In this document: positions 20,401-30,918 of the stretch, piece by piece
Layout of the letters: each line of letters opens with the position of its first letter
Position numbering within the stretch: position 1 is the stretch's first letter
Assembly (NCBI GenBank): GCA_016699105.1
Contig: CP064960.1
Span: forward strand, 811,696-875,695
Length of the DNA stretch: 64,000 nucleotides
Source of the DNA: a bacterium
GTDB lineage: Bacteria; Patescibacteriota; Saccharimonadia; UBA4664
Reading direction: 5' to 3'
Translations under genes and position numbers: made by a program
The notes under the pieces: model-generated
Seen by the model: only the letters and a program-made list of their open reading frames with translations
Told to the model about the DNA's origin: nothing
The model's database searches: none

Positions 20401-23400
20401 CGTCGAGTGAGCCGGTGAAACATCCTTGATCGGTACCAGATTCAGATGTCGACCCGCCATAGGTTGCACCGATAAGCAGCGGAAGATTAGTATCGGGGAT
20501 TGAGAGCGTTACATTTGTTTGACTATCGAGCACTCCATCGATGAATATTTTCATAGTAGAGCCATCGTAACTGGCTGCGATATGATGCCAATTTGTGTCT
20601 TGGCTCGTGAGATTTGATTGTAAAAATCCATTTCCGCCATACGACCAGATGGCAGCGTCAAGATTGGCAGAGTTGCCAAGACCGGCAAACAGTTTGCCTT
20701 GGTAGATGGCAAAGCTTTGCACTGTTTCTGTAGCGTTGGCGACCCAGCTAGAGTTCGTGCCGCCGCCACCAACCTTTGTCCAACCCGTAGTATCATAGAC
20801 CCAAACTTCACCGTCACCTGCGGAGTTGCCGAGACCGGCATAGAGCATACCGTCGTAGACGGCTAAATTTTTAGTTTGCTCATACTGTCCGTCAAGCCAA
20901 CTACTACCCAGGCCGTCGCCACCAATTTGGGTCCAAGCTGAACCGTTGTACTCCCAGACTTCGGCATCCCCCGTCGAGTTCCCGAGGCCGGCGTACATTT
21001 TACCGTTGTAGGTGACGAGGGCCTCCACTTGTTCGTAGACCGTGTTCCAGCTTGAACTGAGCCCATCGCCGCCTACTTTTGCCCATACTGATCCGTTCCA
21101 GCGCCAGACTTCGGCATCGCCAGCGGTGTTACCAAGACCCGCGTATAATTGCCCACCATATACCGCCATGGCACTGACTCGTTCGAAGTTAGTAGTCCAG
21201 CCAGAATTGAGACTGTCTCCGCCAAACTTACTCCAAGCCGCTCCATTCCAGGCCCAAGTTTCAGCGTCATTGGCGGTATTGCCTAGTCCTACAATAAGGT
21301 TACCGTTATATAAGGTCATGGCATATATTTCTTCATAGTTAGTAGTCCAGCCGGAATTGAGACTGTCACCGCCGATTTGGCTCCAGGTTGTTCCGTTCCA
21401 GCGCCAGACTTCAGCGTCGTTCGCAGTTGTGCCCAGACCGGCATATAGTTGACCACCATAGCTCATGAGGCTCATGACATTTTCGTAAGTTGCTGCCGGC
21501 CAACTGGAATTAATGCCTTGACCACCAATTATTTGCCAGCTGGTACCGTCAAAGCGCCAGACTTGAGCGTTCCCGGCGACAGTGTTTCCCGTTCCGGCAT
21601 AGAGATATTCATCAGACACGGTCATCGTTTCTACATCTTGTATGTTGTAGCCACCCCAACTTTTATTGATATAACCGCCGCCTATGCGCGCCCAAGTGGT
21701 GCCATTGTATGCCCAGATTTCGGCATTATTGGCTGTACTCACTAATCCGGCGTACAAATTGCCGTTAGTATGAAGCAACGAGTTGACGACCGTATGGGTA
21801 TTGGTAAAACCTGAATTGATAGCATCACCGCCGATTTTCGTCCAGGCGATTCCATTCCAACGATATACTTCGTTATCTCCGGCTGTCGCCCCAAGCCCGG
21901 CATATAAATTGGTGCCATCGTCAGCAAATGAGTAGACGCCTTCATAGTTGGTGCCGTCCCATCCAGAATTGAGCGTGTCGCCGCCAATTTTGGTCCAGGC
22001 CGTACAACTGGCGGTAGTGTCGCAACGCCAGACTTCGGCGTCTCCAGCGGTGGTGCCAAGTCCAACATAGACATTATTGCCGAACCAACGCATACTAATC
22101 GCGGTTTCATAGGTAGCGGCAGCCCAGCTAGAGCCAACCCCGTCGCCGCCGATTTGGCTCCAGGTTGTACCGGAAAGCCTCCAGATGTCGGCATCGCCGG
22201 CGGTATTGCCAAAACCAGCATAAATATTCGATCCGTCATTGGTCAGGCTATAGATCGCTTCGTACCCGGCAGGCAAAGCATTGTATGGTACGCCGATACC
22301 ATTGCCTCCGACCCAAGTCCAGCTCGATCCATTCCATCGATAGACTCGCGCATCGGTCGTAGCTGTCAAGCCTAATCCAACATACAAATTACCGGCCATC
22401 ACAGTCATACTTTCGACTTCTTCAGCCGTATTTACGGGCCAACTGCCGTTGATGGCATCACCGCCGATTTTTGACCAAGTCGTACAACTAGCGGCCGTAT
22501 CACAGCTCCAAACTTCGGCGTCACCAGCAGATGAGCCTAAGCCGGCATATAGAACAGTGCCGTTTAGGGCCATGGACATGACATTTTCATATGTTTGGTC
22601 GGCCCACGAACTGTTTTTTAGCATCGCCACCGACTTGGCTCCAGATGGTGCCGTTCCATTTCAGACTTCGGCGTCGCCTACGGCGTTGCCAAGACCGACA
22701 TAAATATCGGTACCGACTGCTACCTGGGAATTAACGGCAAATTTGCCGTTGAGATCCCAACTGCCTTTGATATCATTACCAGCTTGCTGAGTCCAGGTGT
22801 TGGCAGAGGCATTGGCAATTTCATACGTTACCTTGCCGGTTTCTTTGTCGTAATACAACTTGTATGAACCTTTGTCGAGAATGCCTTGCTTATGGTCATG
22901 GGTGCCTGCCCCAAACGCAGAGCTAAATTTTGTCCACGCTTCAATTGAATTGTTTTGGGTTAGCGATAAGCTGGTGCTATCGGGCGCCGTGGCTTGGTGG
23001 GTGGTACCATCTAGATTGAGGCCATTATTGAGATTACCAGCGCCAAATGTGGCTCCAGTGACGGTGGCATTATTACCATTTCCGGAATCGTCAGCAGCAT
23101 CTGTACCGCTGGCTTCGTCGAAATGATAAAGCGCCTTGGTATTGGCATCAGACGCGTAGTTTTGGGCTTTGAGGCGGGCATTTGAGCCATTAAGTTCGAC
23201 CGCATTACTATCAGAGACAGCATATTGGCCCGGTACCGAGAAATCCCACGATTGAGCGATGTCAGAAGCAAAGACTGTTCGAAACAATCCCGAATTGATA
23301 CCAATAGCTGCTACCGACACAGCCAGTACGCCAAAATGAGTATGATGGTGATATTTCTGACTATGCCAACTGCGATACCACCGCCATCTATCAATGAGTG

Positions 23401-23575
23401 CCAGATGAGGCCGCTTGGCAACATGATGATGAGCACGTCGCACGATCTGCCAGCCAGTTAGTCCTACGGCTGTCAAAATACCGAAAAAAGCGAGCAACCA
23501 AAACCCGACGCGCCTGCGTCGAGCTCGAATACGTCGAAATATTCTGGGCCTCACCATACAATTACCAGTGTACAT
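17444..23575 (-). CDS. giant (~2030 aa) surface protein: N-terminal TM, LamG/concanavalin-like domain, ~17 tandem ~50-aa Kelch/beta-propeller-like repeats (YAGLG..AGDAEVWRWNG..W..IGGD), second LamG-like domain, multiple FN3 domains
   Basis: ORFs 22661..23575 and 17444..22630 share a frame, separated only by a TGA created by paired indels (missing G near 22667, extra A in AAAAAA at 22613-22618). Repeat consensus is read directly from the translation. LamG-like ...HIAASYDGSTMKIFIDGVLD...; FN3 blocks near the C-terminus. Confidence 0.7.
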
Positions 23576-23624
23576 AAGCGGAAGCTTTTTGACTAGATAA
23601 GTACAGATAGTAAATAATTATGTA

Positions 23625-24401
23625 TTAAACGGGTAGTCTAGGTAGTAGCGCGCCCGTTTGTTGCCGATAAGTAATCCAGCCAGGTTTTCTTGCTAATCGC
23701 AGTTCAGCAGGTGGTATTCCAGAAATTTTAACTATGAGACAGGTGACTGTAGCTGCTCCAATGGCACTTAACCACCAGTATTGACTAGGTGCATTCATAA
23801 GGACAATCCCCCACCACAAACTTATCTCACCCAGATAGTTTGGGTGACGGATCCAACGTCGCAATCCGGTTGTAAGGAGAACATCGCGTCTTTGCGTTTT
23901 TAAAAATGTGGCTAATTGTTGATCAGCAATTACTTCCAGAATAAATCCCCCACTCCAGATTATGATACCAAGGTACGTCCACCAGCCAAGGGCTGGATTG
24001 GTATATATGATCATCAGTACCGGTAAAGCCACAGCAGTCGCCAGACATGCTTGTAGTAAATATATCCGGAAAAATATCTGGAGAGGTATCCATTGCTTTG
24101 GCCAGCTGCGGCGCAGCATCTTATAGCGTGGATCTTCGGTTGGATTGTTCCACCAACGTCGACCAATGTACCAGCTGAGCCGTAATGCCCACACGCTGAC
24201 CATTACAAGTACAACGATGTTCATGATGGTGAAAGCTTCTGATTGAATACATGCCGTCCAACTCGCTGAAGCTATGAGCGGTCCCCAAAAAACATCAATA
24301 ACATCATAGCGTTGATGCCTGACACGAGCGATGATAAATGCAAACGTGGCTAGAGTAAATGTGGCTAAGAGGCTTAAACCAATGGCTGCGATATTGACCA
24401 T
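23625..24401 (-). CDS. DUF1295 / steroid-5-alpha-reductase / ICMT-like polytopic membrane protein
   Basis: Multi-TM protein with a C-terminal ...GLRRWIRHPNYLGEISLWWG... motif characteristic of the ICMT/DUF1295 superfamily. Confidence 0.5.
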   Translation of the reverse strand: MVNIAAIGLSLLATFTLATFAFIIARVRHQRYDVIDVFWGPLIASASWTACIQSEAFTIMNIVVLVMVSVWALRLSWYIGRRWWNNPTEDPRYKMLRRSWPKQWIPLQIFFRIYLLQACLATAVALPVLMIIYTNPALGWWTYLGIIIWSGGFILEVIADQQLATFLKTQRRDVLLTTGLRRWIRHPNYLGEISLWWGIVLMNAPSQYWWLSAIGAATVTCLIVKISGIPPAELRLARKPGWITYRQQTGALLPRLPV

Positions 24402-24790
24402 CGTTGGATAATGAGATAGGCAAGTGTTGCAACTGTTGCCGTCAAGACAGTTCCCCAGATCATATCTACTACGACTACTGTTGTATTGAAGCCCTTGATA
24501 GTGGCAAGATTAGTCAGGTCGTACGTAGCGTAAGCAACAAATCCGAAGAGAGAACCTAGGCCAGCGGCACTCTGCCACGACTTTTGTGACAGGGCAGGAT
24601 TAAGGGCGAAAATCACAATTCCAATTACATAGATAATGTAAAACAATACCGCTGCGACCATATTTGGCTTTTCGAGGAGAAGACTGCCAAGTTGGCTGTA
24701 ATAAAACCGCTTAGCGATCACGCTGAGCCAGATAGCATCAATCAGACCCATAATAGTGCCGGTAACGAGTAATTTGAGCATGATATTCAT
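24374..24790 (-). CDS. small 4-TM membrane protein (hypothetical), 28-nt overlap with the downstream gene
   Basis: 138 aa, four hydrophobic helices; co-oriented and overlapping with 23625..24401, suggesting an operon. Confidence 0.4.
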   Translation of the reverse strand: MNIMLKLLVTGTIMGLIDAIWLSVIAKRFYYSQLGSLLLEKPNMVAAVLFYIIYVIGIVIFALNPALSQKSWQSAAGLGSLFGFVAYATYDLTNLATIKGFNTTVVVVDMIWGTVLTATVATLAYLIIQRWSISQPLV

Positions 24791-24845
24791 ATCAATTATT
24801 ATAGCATGTCAGTTGTAAGCATGAGCGTGATATTATGTATGATGT

Positions 24846-26069
24846 ATGCGACAGATAGTATCGGCTCAATCATCGTTTTCATGGCATCATATCTCGGCTT
24901 TCACTTTACTATTTGTGGCCGTGGGTACTGTAGTGGTAATGGTTTCACGAGCGAGTGGGTCAGTAGCTGCAATCGAACCAGAAACCGGAACACTATCCAA
25001 TTGCGCGGTTGCAAGTGCGAATGCTGACGCATCAGGTGGGCACGTTGTGACTTTTTCTACCTGTGCGACGCCGACACCGGTGCCGACTGTTAGTCCCCCA
25101 CCCAGTGCCAATGGCTGTATTCTAGCCGAACCGATTGGTAGTGGTATTACGGCATATTCGAGTCTGAGCGGTAGTACATTTAGCGCGCGATCCAATTCTG
25201 CTCCAACAGCGAACACCGTATCACTGGCTGCAACAACCCATAGTTTTAGCGACTTTACCGATGCGGTGGCTGGTGTGCAAGCAGGTGCTTCTATAACTGG
25301 CAGTGGACTCGTTGGTTCCGGTACCGACCGTTCGATTATTCAAATGACACCCAGCAGCTCGACGAAGGCTGCGAGCGTACCGACGGGTGCAGGCACGACC
25401 AATCAGCTGTATTTGATGGCATTTACCAAATCGGGCGTTCGCTTGGACTGCTTTACGCTGGCCGGAACCAACCAAGGCCATCTTTACAATGGCATTCGCT
25501 TGTCACAGGTGACGGGTGCGGTTATGTCAAATCTCAAGCTAATTGGCACCAGTCCGGGTAATTCCTACATCCCACCGGGTGAAACATTCGCCATTAATGA
25601 TTACCGTGGCACAAATAATACATATACCAATGTCGAAATTGACGGTCAAGGAACCGGCGCAACGGCTTTTGGATCAAACTCATCGACAGGCGGAGTTTGG
25701 ACCGACGATTATGCGCACGATCATCCTTACAGTGCTGGTATAGCCCTTTGGCAGATGTCTGGTACCATGACGTTAACACGTTTTAAATCGGTGAATAACC
25801 GGGTAGGCATAAATTTGGAACGCGTCAATGGCACGGTCAATATTACTCAACCAACACTTATAGGTAACACCGCTCATGATCTATTCATAGGTAATGATCA
25901 AGGTTCTACCAAGGTTAATATTTACGATCCGATCTTGAGTCCTGGTCAAAAGATTCGTGTCCATAATGCCGGGCTGGAACAGGGTAATCCAAACTTGCAA
26001 GTACTTTCCGATATCAAAGTATTCGTTAACGGAGTTGATACTACAGCGTCGATGATTGTGTATAACTAG
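24846..26069 (+). CDS. secreted right-handed beta-helix (pectin-lyase-fold) protein
   Basis: N-terminal hydrophobic anchor or signal, then repeated G/N/T-rich ~22-aa coils (...NLKLIGTSPGNSYIPPGETFAINDYRGTNNTYTNVEIDGQG..., ...TLTRFKSVNNRVGINLERVNGTVNITQPTLIGNTAHDLFIGN...). Confidence 0.5.
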   Translation: MRQIVSAQSSFSWHHISAFTLLFVAVGTVVVMVSRASGSVAAIEPETGTLSNCAVASANADASGGHVVTFSTCATPTPVPTVSPPPSANGCILAEPIGSGITAYSSLSGSTFSARSNSAPTANTVSLAATTHSFSDFTDAVAGVQAGASITGSGLVGSGTDRSIIQMTPSSSTKAASVPTGAGTTNQLYLMAFTKSGVRLDCFTLAGTNQGHLYNGIRLSQVTGAVMSNLKLIGTSPGNSYIPPGETFAINDYRGTNNTYTNVEIDGQGTGATAFGSNSSTGGVWTDDYAHDHPYSAGIALWQMSGTMTLTRFKSVNNRVGINLERVNGTVNITQPTLIGNTAHDLFIGNDQGSTKVNIYDPILSPGQKIRVHNAGLEQGNPNLQVLSDIKVFVNGVDTTASMIVYN

Positions 26070-26293
26070 AGTATCGGCTACATTTTTGGTTTGCCAAAAT
26101 GTGTTGCCGCTTGGACTGGTTTCCTTCGTACCTGAGGTGAGTGTTTAATGGTATGCGCCCCGCCGATCAAGTCGACCAGCGGGGCGCCATGGATGATATG
26201 GCTGTGCCACGATGTACCGCAAGATCTGGTGAGGCGGCATTACTTCGCTACAGGGAATATTTCGTCGATCTCAGCGAACACATTGGGGCTGCT

Positions 26294-26620
26294 TTAATTG
26301 ATCACGGTGACCTTGTCGATTGACCATTCGCCATTGCTCAAGGCAACGACGACTCGGCGGTTACTCAGAAGCGGGTGTTCCTCGTAGCCGCTGAACGTGT
26401 CGCGCAGGAAGTACGACTGCACTTTTTCGGCTTCCTCCGCGGTCAGCTCAACATATGCGTAGCGCATGACGGGGTCATCATGTGCGTCTGCCGCCCAGAA
26501 CAGCACTGTGCGGCCGTCGATTTCGAAGGTGCCGATGAGCGGCCCGTCGTAGTATAGGATCGTGCGATAGGTCGTGGGCAGCATAGGCTTGCCCGAAACC
26601 AAGATACTCTCGATGTGCAT
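26294..26620 (-). CDS. hypothetical protein (108 aa) in a locally GC-rich segment
   Basis: Clean ORF with noticeably higher GC than its neighbours; no recognisable motifs. Confidence 0.35.
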   Translation of the reverse strand: MHIESILVSGKPMLPTTYRTILYYDGPLIGTFEIDGRTVLFWAADAHDDPVMRYAYVELTAEEAEKVQSYFLRDTFSGYEEHPLLSNRRVVVALSNGEWSIDKVTVIN

Positions 26621-26838
26621 TTATTGCTTCTAGTTCGGCAGGGGGTATGTCGGCAATGATATTATAACATGTAATCAATTATAATCTAGTGCTTAAAACT
26701 ACTTGGCTACATTTGTAAAATACGAGATATAATCTCGCCCGGTGTTAGCATGCGAAGCATGTGCGCATCAGTGGGTGTCCAAGATCACTACAAAATTTGA
26801 ACTTCGAAGTGCTGTCGGATCATGGATAGTTGGTTAGG

Positions 26839-29800
26839 CTATTGTGGCAGGATTTCAATCGCCGCCAGATTCCATTTCGTCCCCGTCACGGGGGCAGTGT
26901 CATTGACTGTGATGACACCGGGAGTTATGGTGGCAGCGTTGACTTTTTGGCTCCAGAAAGCCCCAATCCCGCTCGGCACGTATTGGTCAACTATGGTTTG
27001 ACCAGAGCCGGCGATGCGGCTTGCTACACTACTCCAATCGCTACCTACAGCCCACACGAGTGATCCGACCTTGGTGGTGGCGACACTCAAGCTCGGCGCG
27101 GTGCCGGTGCCGCTGGCTTTGGCGACGGCGCCGATGGTTGAGAAATTTGCGCCAGTGAAGCTGACGATGGTGATACTGCCTCGGTACGAGCCGCTGCTGC
27201 GGGTGGCTGTGACCTTAACATTGGTTAGTTTGGCTGACGCTGGAGCAGTCCAAATTTCGGCTACACCGGAGCTAGTGTTGGCGCGCTGACGCATGGTCCA
27301 GGTCAGGCTACCGCCGGAGACGCCGCTAAAGCTGTAGTTGGCGGGTGTTGGGCCGTCGGAACTGACGAAGGCAACGAGTAACTCATTGGCTTGGGTGGTA
27401 CTGAAGCTGGGCGACACAATGGTTTTAGCGGCAGCGGTTTGGCGAGTGGTGGTAATGACATCAGTGGTGAGCGTGACCGGAGGTGCTGTGTTGTTGACGG
27501 TGACCGTCAGACTCATACTTGAGGTGTTGCCAGCGGCATCCCGGGCAGTGGCGGTCAGGGTGTGCAGACCGTTGCTGGCAGTGGCGGTATTCCATGAGGT
27601 GCTGTACGGGGAGCTGGTGTCTTCGGTGGAAAGATTGGTGGAGTCGAGTTTGAATTGGACGCCCGCGACACCGACGTCATCGCTGGCGTTGGCACTGACC
27701 GCGAACGTACCGCTGAGCGTTTGATTGGCAGCCGGCGCACTAAACGCCACGGTGGGGGCTGTGGTGTCCGGTGTACTCGTGGTAACACTCAACAGGTTAC
27801 TGGCTGCCGAGATATTACCGGCTGCGTCGAAAGCTTTAATGGTGTAGCTGTAGGTGGTGCCGGATGTGAGCGTTGAGTCGTTGTAGTTGCGCATTGTGCT
27901 GGTGGCAATATTTTGGCCATCGCGCCAGATTTGGTAACCGGTGACGCCCACATTGTCGGTGGATGCTGTCCAGGTCAGATTGGCGCTTGAGTTCGTAATG
28001 CTATTGGCAGTTAAACTCGATGGTGCGGTTGGTGACGTTGTATCTGGGGTCGGCGCCGGGGTGGTAACGGAGACAGGATTTGAGGCGGCGCTCTGGTTGC
28101 CGGCCGCATCTACGGCGGTTACGGCGTAGATGTACGTGGTACTGGCAACTGCCGTGGTGTCACTGAAGCTGGTGGTGGTTGGTTGGGCGATGGTGGTGCC
28201 ATTACGTTTCACAACATAACCAGTGACGCCTATGTTGTCGGTGGCGGCATCCCAGCTGAGATTAACTTGGCTGGTTGAGATGGCGGTGGCAACGAGGTTA
28301 GCCGGTACAGTTGGCGATGCGGTATCGGTGGTACCTGAAACGACATAGGCTGAGGCATTGCAACTTGACCAGACCGCACCAGTGGTCCAAGTAACCGGCA
28401 AGGCGCTCAGATTACCACTGGGCGATTCGGAGCAACTACCACTCGTCGTATTCTTATAGCTAATTTGACCGCCGGTGCCTAAAACCCGATCCAGTAGGTG
28501 GTGCCAGCAGTGAGGGTGATAGCAGGACTGAGACTGGCCACGTTCCAGGTTCCAGTGGTGGGCGCAGGGATGGCGCCACTCGTCAGTAGTGTGCCGGGAT
28601 GACCATTATTGTTTGAGTAGACTCCTACTTTCACGCTGGAAGCGGTGGTGCCACTACTGACGTATAACTTCAGCGAGGCGGCCGCGCCGGTAGCTGTTGC
28701 AGTATAGCGAAAGGCTTCGGCCGTACCAGCTGGATCGGTGTCGGTATTGCTTTGAATGGTTTGACTGCCAAGCAGCATGAATTCGGGCGAGTTATTGACG
28801 GTAACTGTCACGTGAGCGGCCGTGCCAAGGTTACCGGCGGCATCACGGGCTACGGCGCTCAATGTGTGGCTACCTGTATTTAAGGCTGTAGTATCCCAAT
28901 TCACACCGTAGGGACTGGCGTTATCTTCACTGCCCAGGTCGACGCCATCTACTTTAAACTGCACGCCCACTACGCCGGTATTATCGCTGGCGGTAGCCGT
29001 TACGGCGACCGTACCGCCAATGGTGGCACCGGTGGTCGGGGACGAGATGGCAACGATTGGGGCTACTGCGTCGACGGGTGCTGCCGGGGTGGCTATGGTG
29101 ATGGGGCTGGATTCGGGCGAGAGATTCCCGGCGGCGTCCTTAGCCTGCACGGTATAGGAGTAGGTGGTTTGAGCAGTCAGCCCAACGTCGGAATAATTTG
29201 TGGTTACCGGTTGCCCAACGGGTGTGCCATTACGCTTTACAACGTAATTTGCCACGCTCGTGTTATCGCTGGCGGCGTCCCAGCTGAGGTTGGCTGATGT
29301 AGCTGAGGCAGCGCTGCCGGTGACGTTGCCGGGCGTAGACGGCGCTTGCGTATCTGGAGTTCCTAGTCCGGTCAGGGTAAAAATAGTGCCTGCAGGCACG
29401 ATAACTGTGGCTACCCCATTAACGACGGCCATGTCTGCACCTGGCGCCATGTTGCTCGTGGAATTGGTCTGGAAGTACGACAACGCAGTCGGGGGTACAC
29501 CAATGTTACTCAGCGAAATGCTGAGCGTATTGGCAGTGGTACCGGTATTCTTGCCGACTATCGTGACACGGCTGGAGGCATTATCGCGGAAGGCATACGA
29601 TGTGATGTCACTATGAGAAGAGCTATTACCAATGCGGATCGAGCCGGCTGGCACGTATTTAAATAATTGGGCAAACTGGTAAAATTCTTTGCGCGGAGTA
29701 TAGGTGTGATTGTTTGAATCGTAAGCCAGCAATGCCGGCCCGTCGCCTGCGTCGTTGGGCGCAGTAGTAGAACCGTTACGGTCAAGCGGGTGAATATATG

Positions 29801-30803
29801 CGCTATCGTAGCCGTCCCACACCAGCATTCCCTGGGGTCCCTGGCCAAGCATGGCCATACCATCATCGAATTGACTGAACTCGGTCATGTAAAACTTTTT
29901 GGTTGGATAAGCTGAGCTATTGATTAGGTTGGCGGCATTGGCAGTGGTGCCGTTGTAGTCGTGGTAACTGTAAGTGTCCACATGAGCCATGAGCGCAGGG
30001 TAATCAAGCATGTAGTTTGTAAAGTCTGTGACCGCGTACGAAATGACACCGGCGCTGGGTCCCAACATGCGCATGCCGGAGAGCCCAGCCGCATCAAGCC
30101 GCACGGCAATTTTGTTTAACTCTTCGGCTTGGAGCGGGGCGCTCATACGGATGCCTTCGGTTTCGATGTCTGGCTCGTTGTTGGGCTCCAACGCAAATTG
30201 TAGGCCGCGCTGGGTCTGGCCATAAATCGCCATCGAGGCAATCATTTCAGCATATTCGTTTTTGATAGGATCGGTGGTAGTAAGTACGAGACCACCCATC
30301 CAATTGGCTGCCTTGCCCATGGGACAGATGATCACTTTGACGCCACGTGAATTCAGATACCCGATCATGCTCCACATTTTTTCAAACTTTGGGCTGCTAT
30401 ATATGCTGTTATAAGCGGTCCAGTTGTAATTGTTGGGATCGGCATCGTCGTTGGTGGCCTCCCAATCCTGGTTGTCGATTACCACGCGCCAGATGGTGGA
30501 ACCGTTGTCTATTAAGCTGTCGATGGCTGGGATGAGCTCGGTGCTATTCCAACTGGCAGAGTTAGCGTTTACACCAAAGCCATCAATGGTCTGAAAAGTT
30601 TGGGAGCCGTCGACGGTGAGTGTGACGTTGGCAGCGGATGCATAGTTTACGCTGGCAAATGGCGCTATTAGTATCGCCAAAACTAAAACAGCCGTGCTGA
30701 TGCGACGGAAAAGACTGGAATTCATCATATTGCCCCTATAGATAGATAATCTTGAGATCAGTGTAGGGAGTTTTATGATTTTGCACAACTGGATTGTGGT
30801 CAA
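26839..30803 (-). CDS. giant (~1320 aa) secreted glycoside hydrolase, clan GH-A / GH30-like, with FN3 and Ig-like domains and a C-terminal beta-sandwich (1-nt frameshift near 28468)
   Basis: Signal peptide (probable start MMNSSLFRRISTAVLVLAILIAPFASVNYASA around 30728); TIDGFGVNANS N-terminus, NEP acid/base box (FALEPNNEPD) and a TEFS nucleophile region. FN3 repeats (NVGVTGYQIWRDG...YSYTIKAFDAAGN). Pieces 28479..30803 and 26839..28401 join if ggg is read as gggg (WIGVLGTGGQISYK...). Confidence 0.7.
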
Positions 30804-30918
30804 TTCCCCAATGCCAAAATCGCGCCCGCAGGTGCGCCGTGAAACATGTATAAATTCATGGCAAGACTAGCAGGATTCGATCCCACGACATGCGGTTTGC
30901 GGCAAATTGTGACCCACA

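Noticed and set aside
30859-30886. tRNA-3'-end-like segment on the minus strand (GTGGG-ATCGAAT-CCTGC T-arm-like hairpin, then TAGTCTT-G-CCA)
   Set aside because: No complementary 5' acceptor strand, D-arm or anticodon arm could be found in the ~50 nt upstream, and position 54 is A rather than T. It may be an att-site-like tRNA fragment, but a cloverleaf cannot be built from the sequence, so it is not called.
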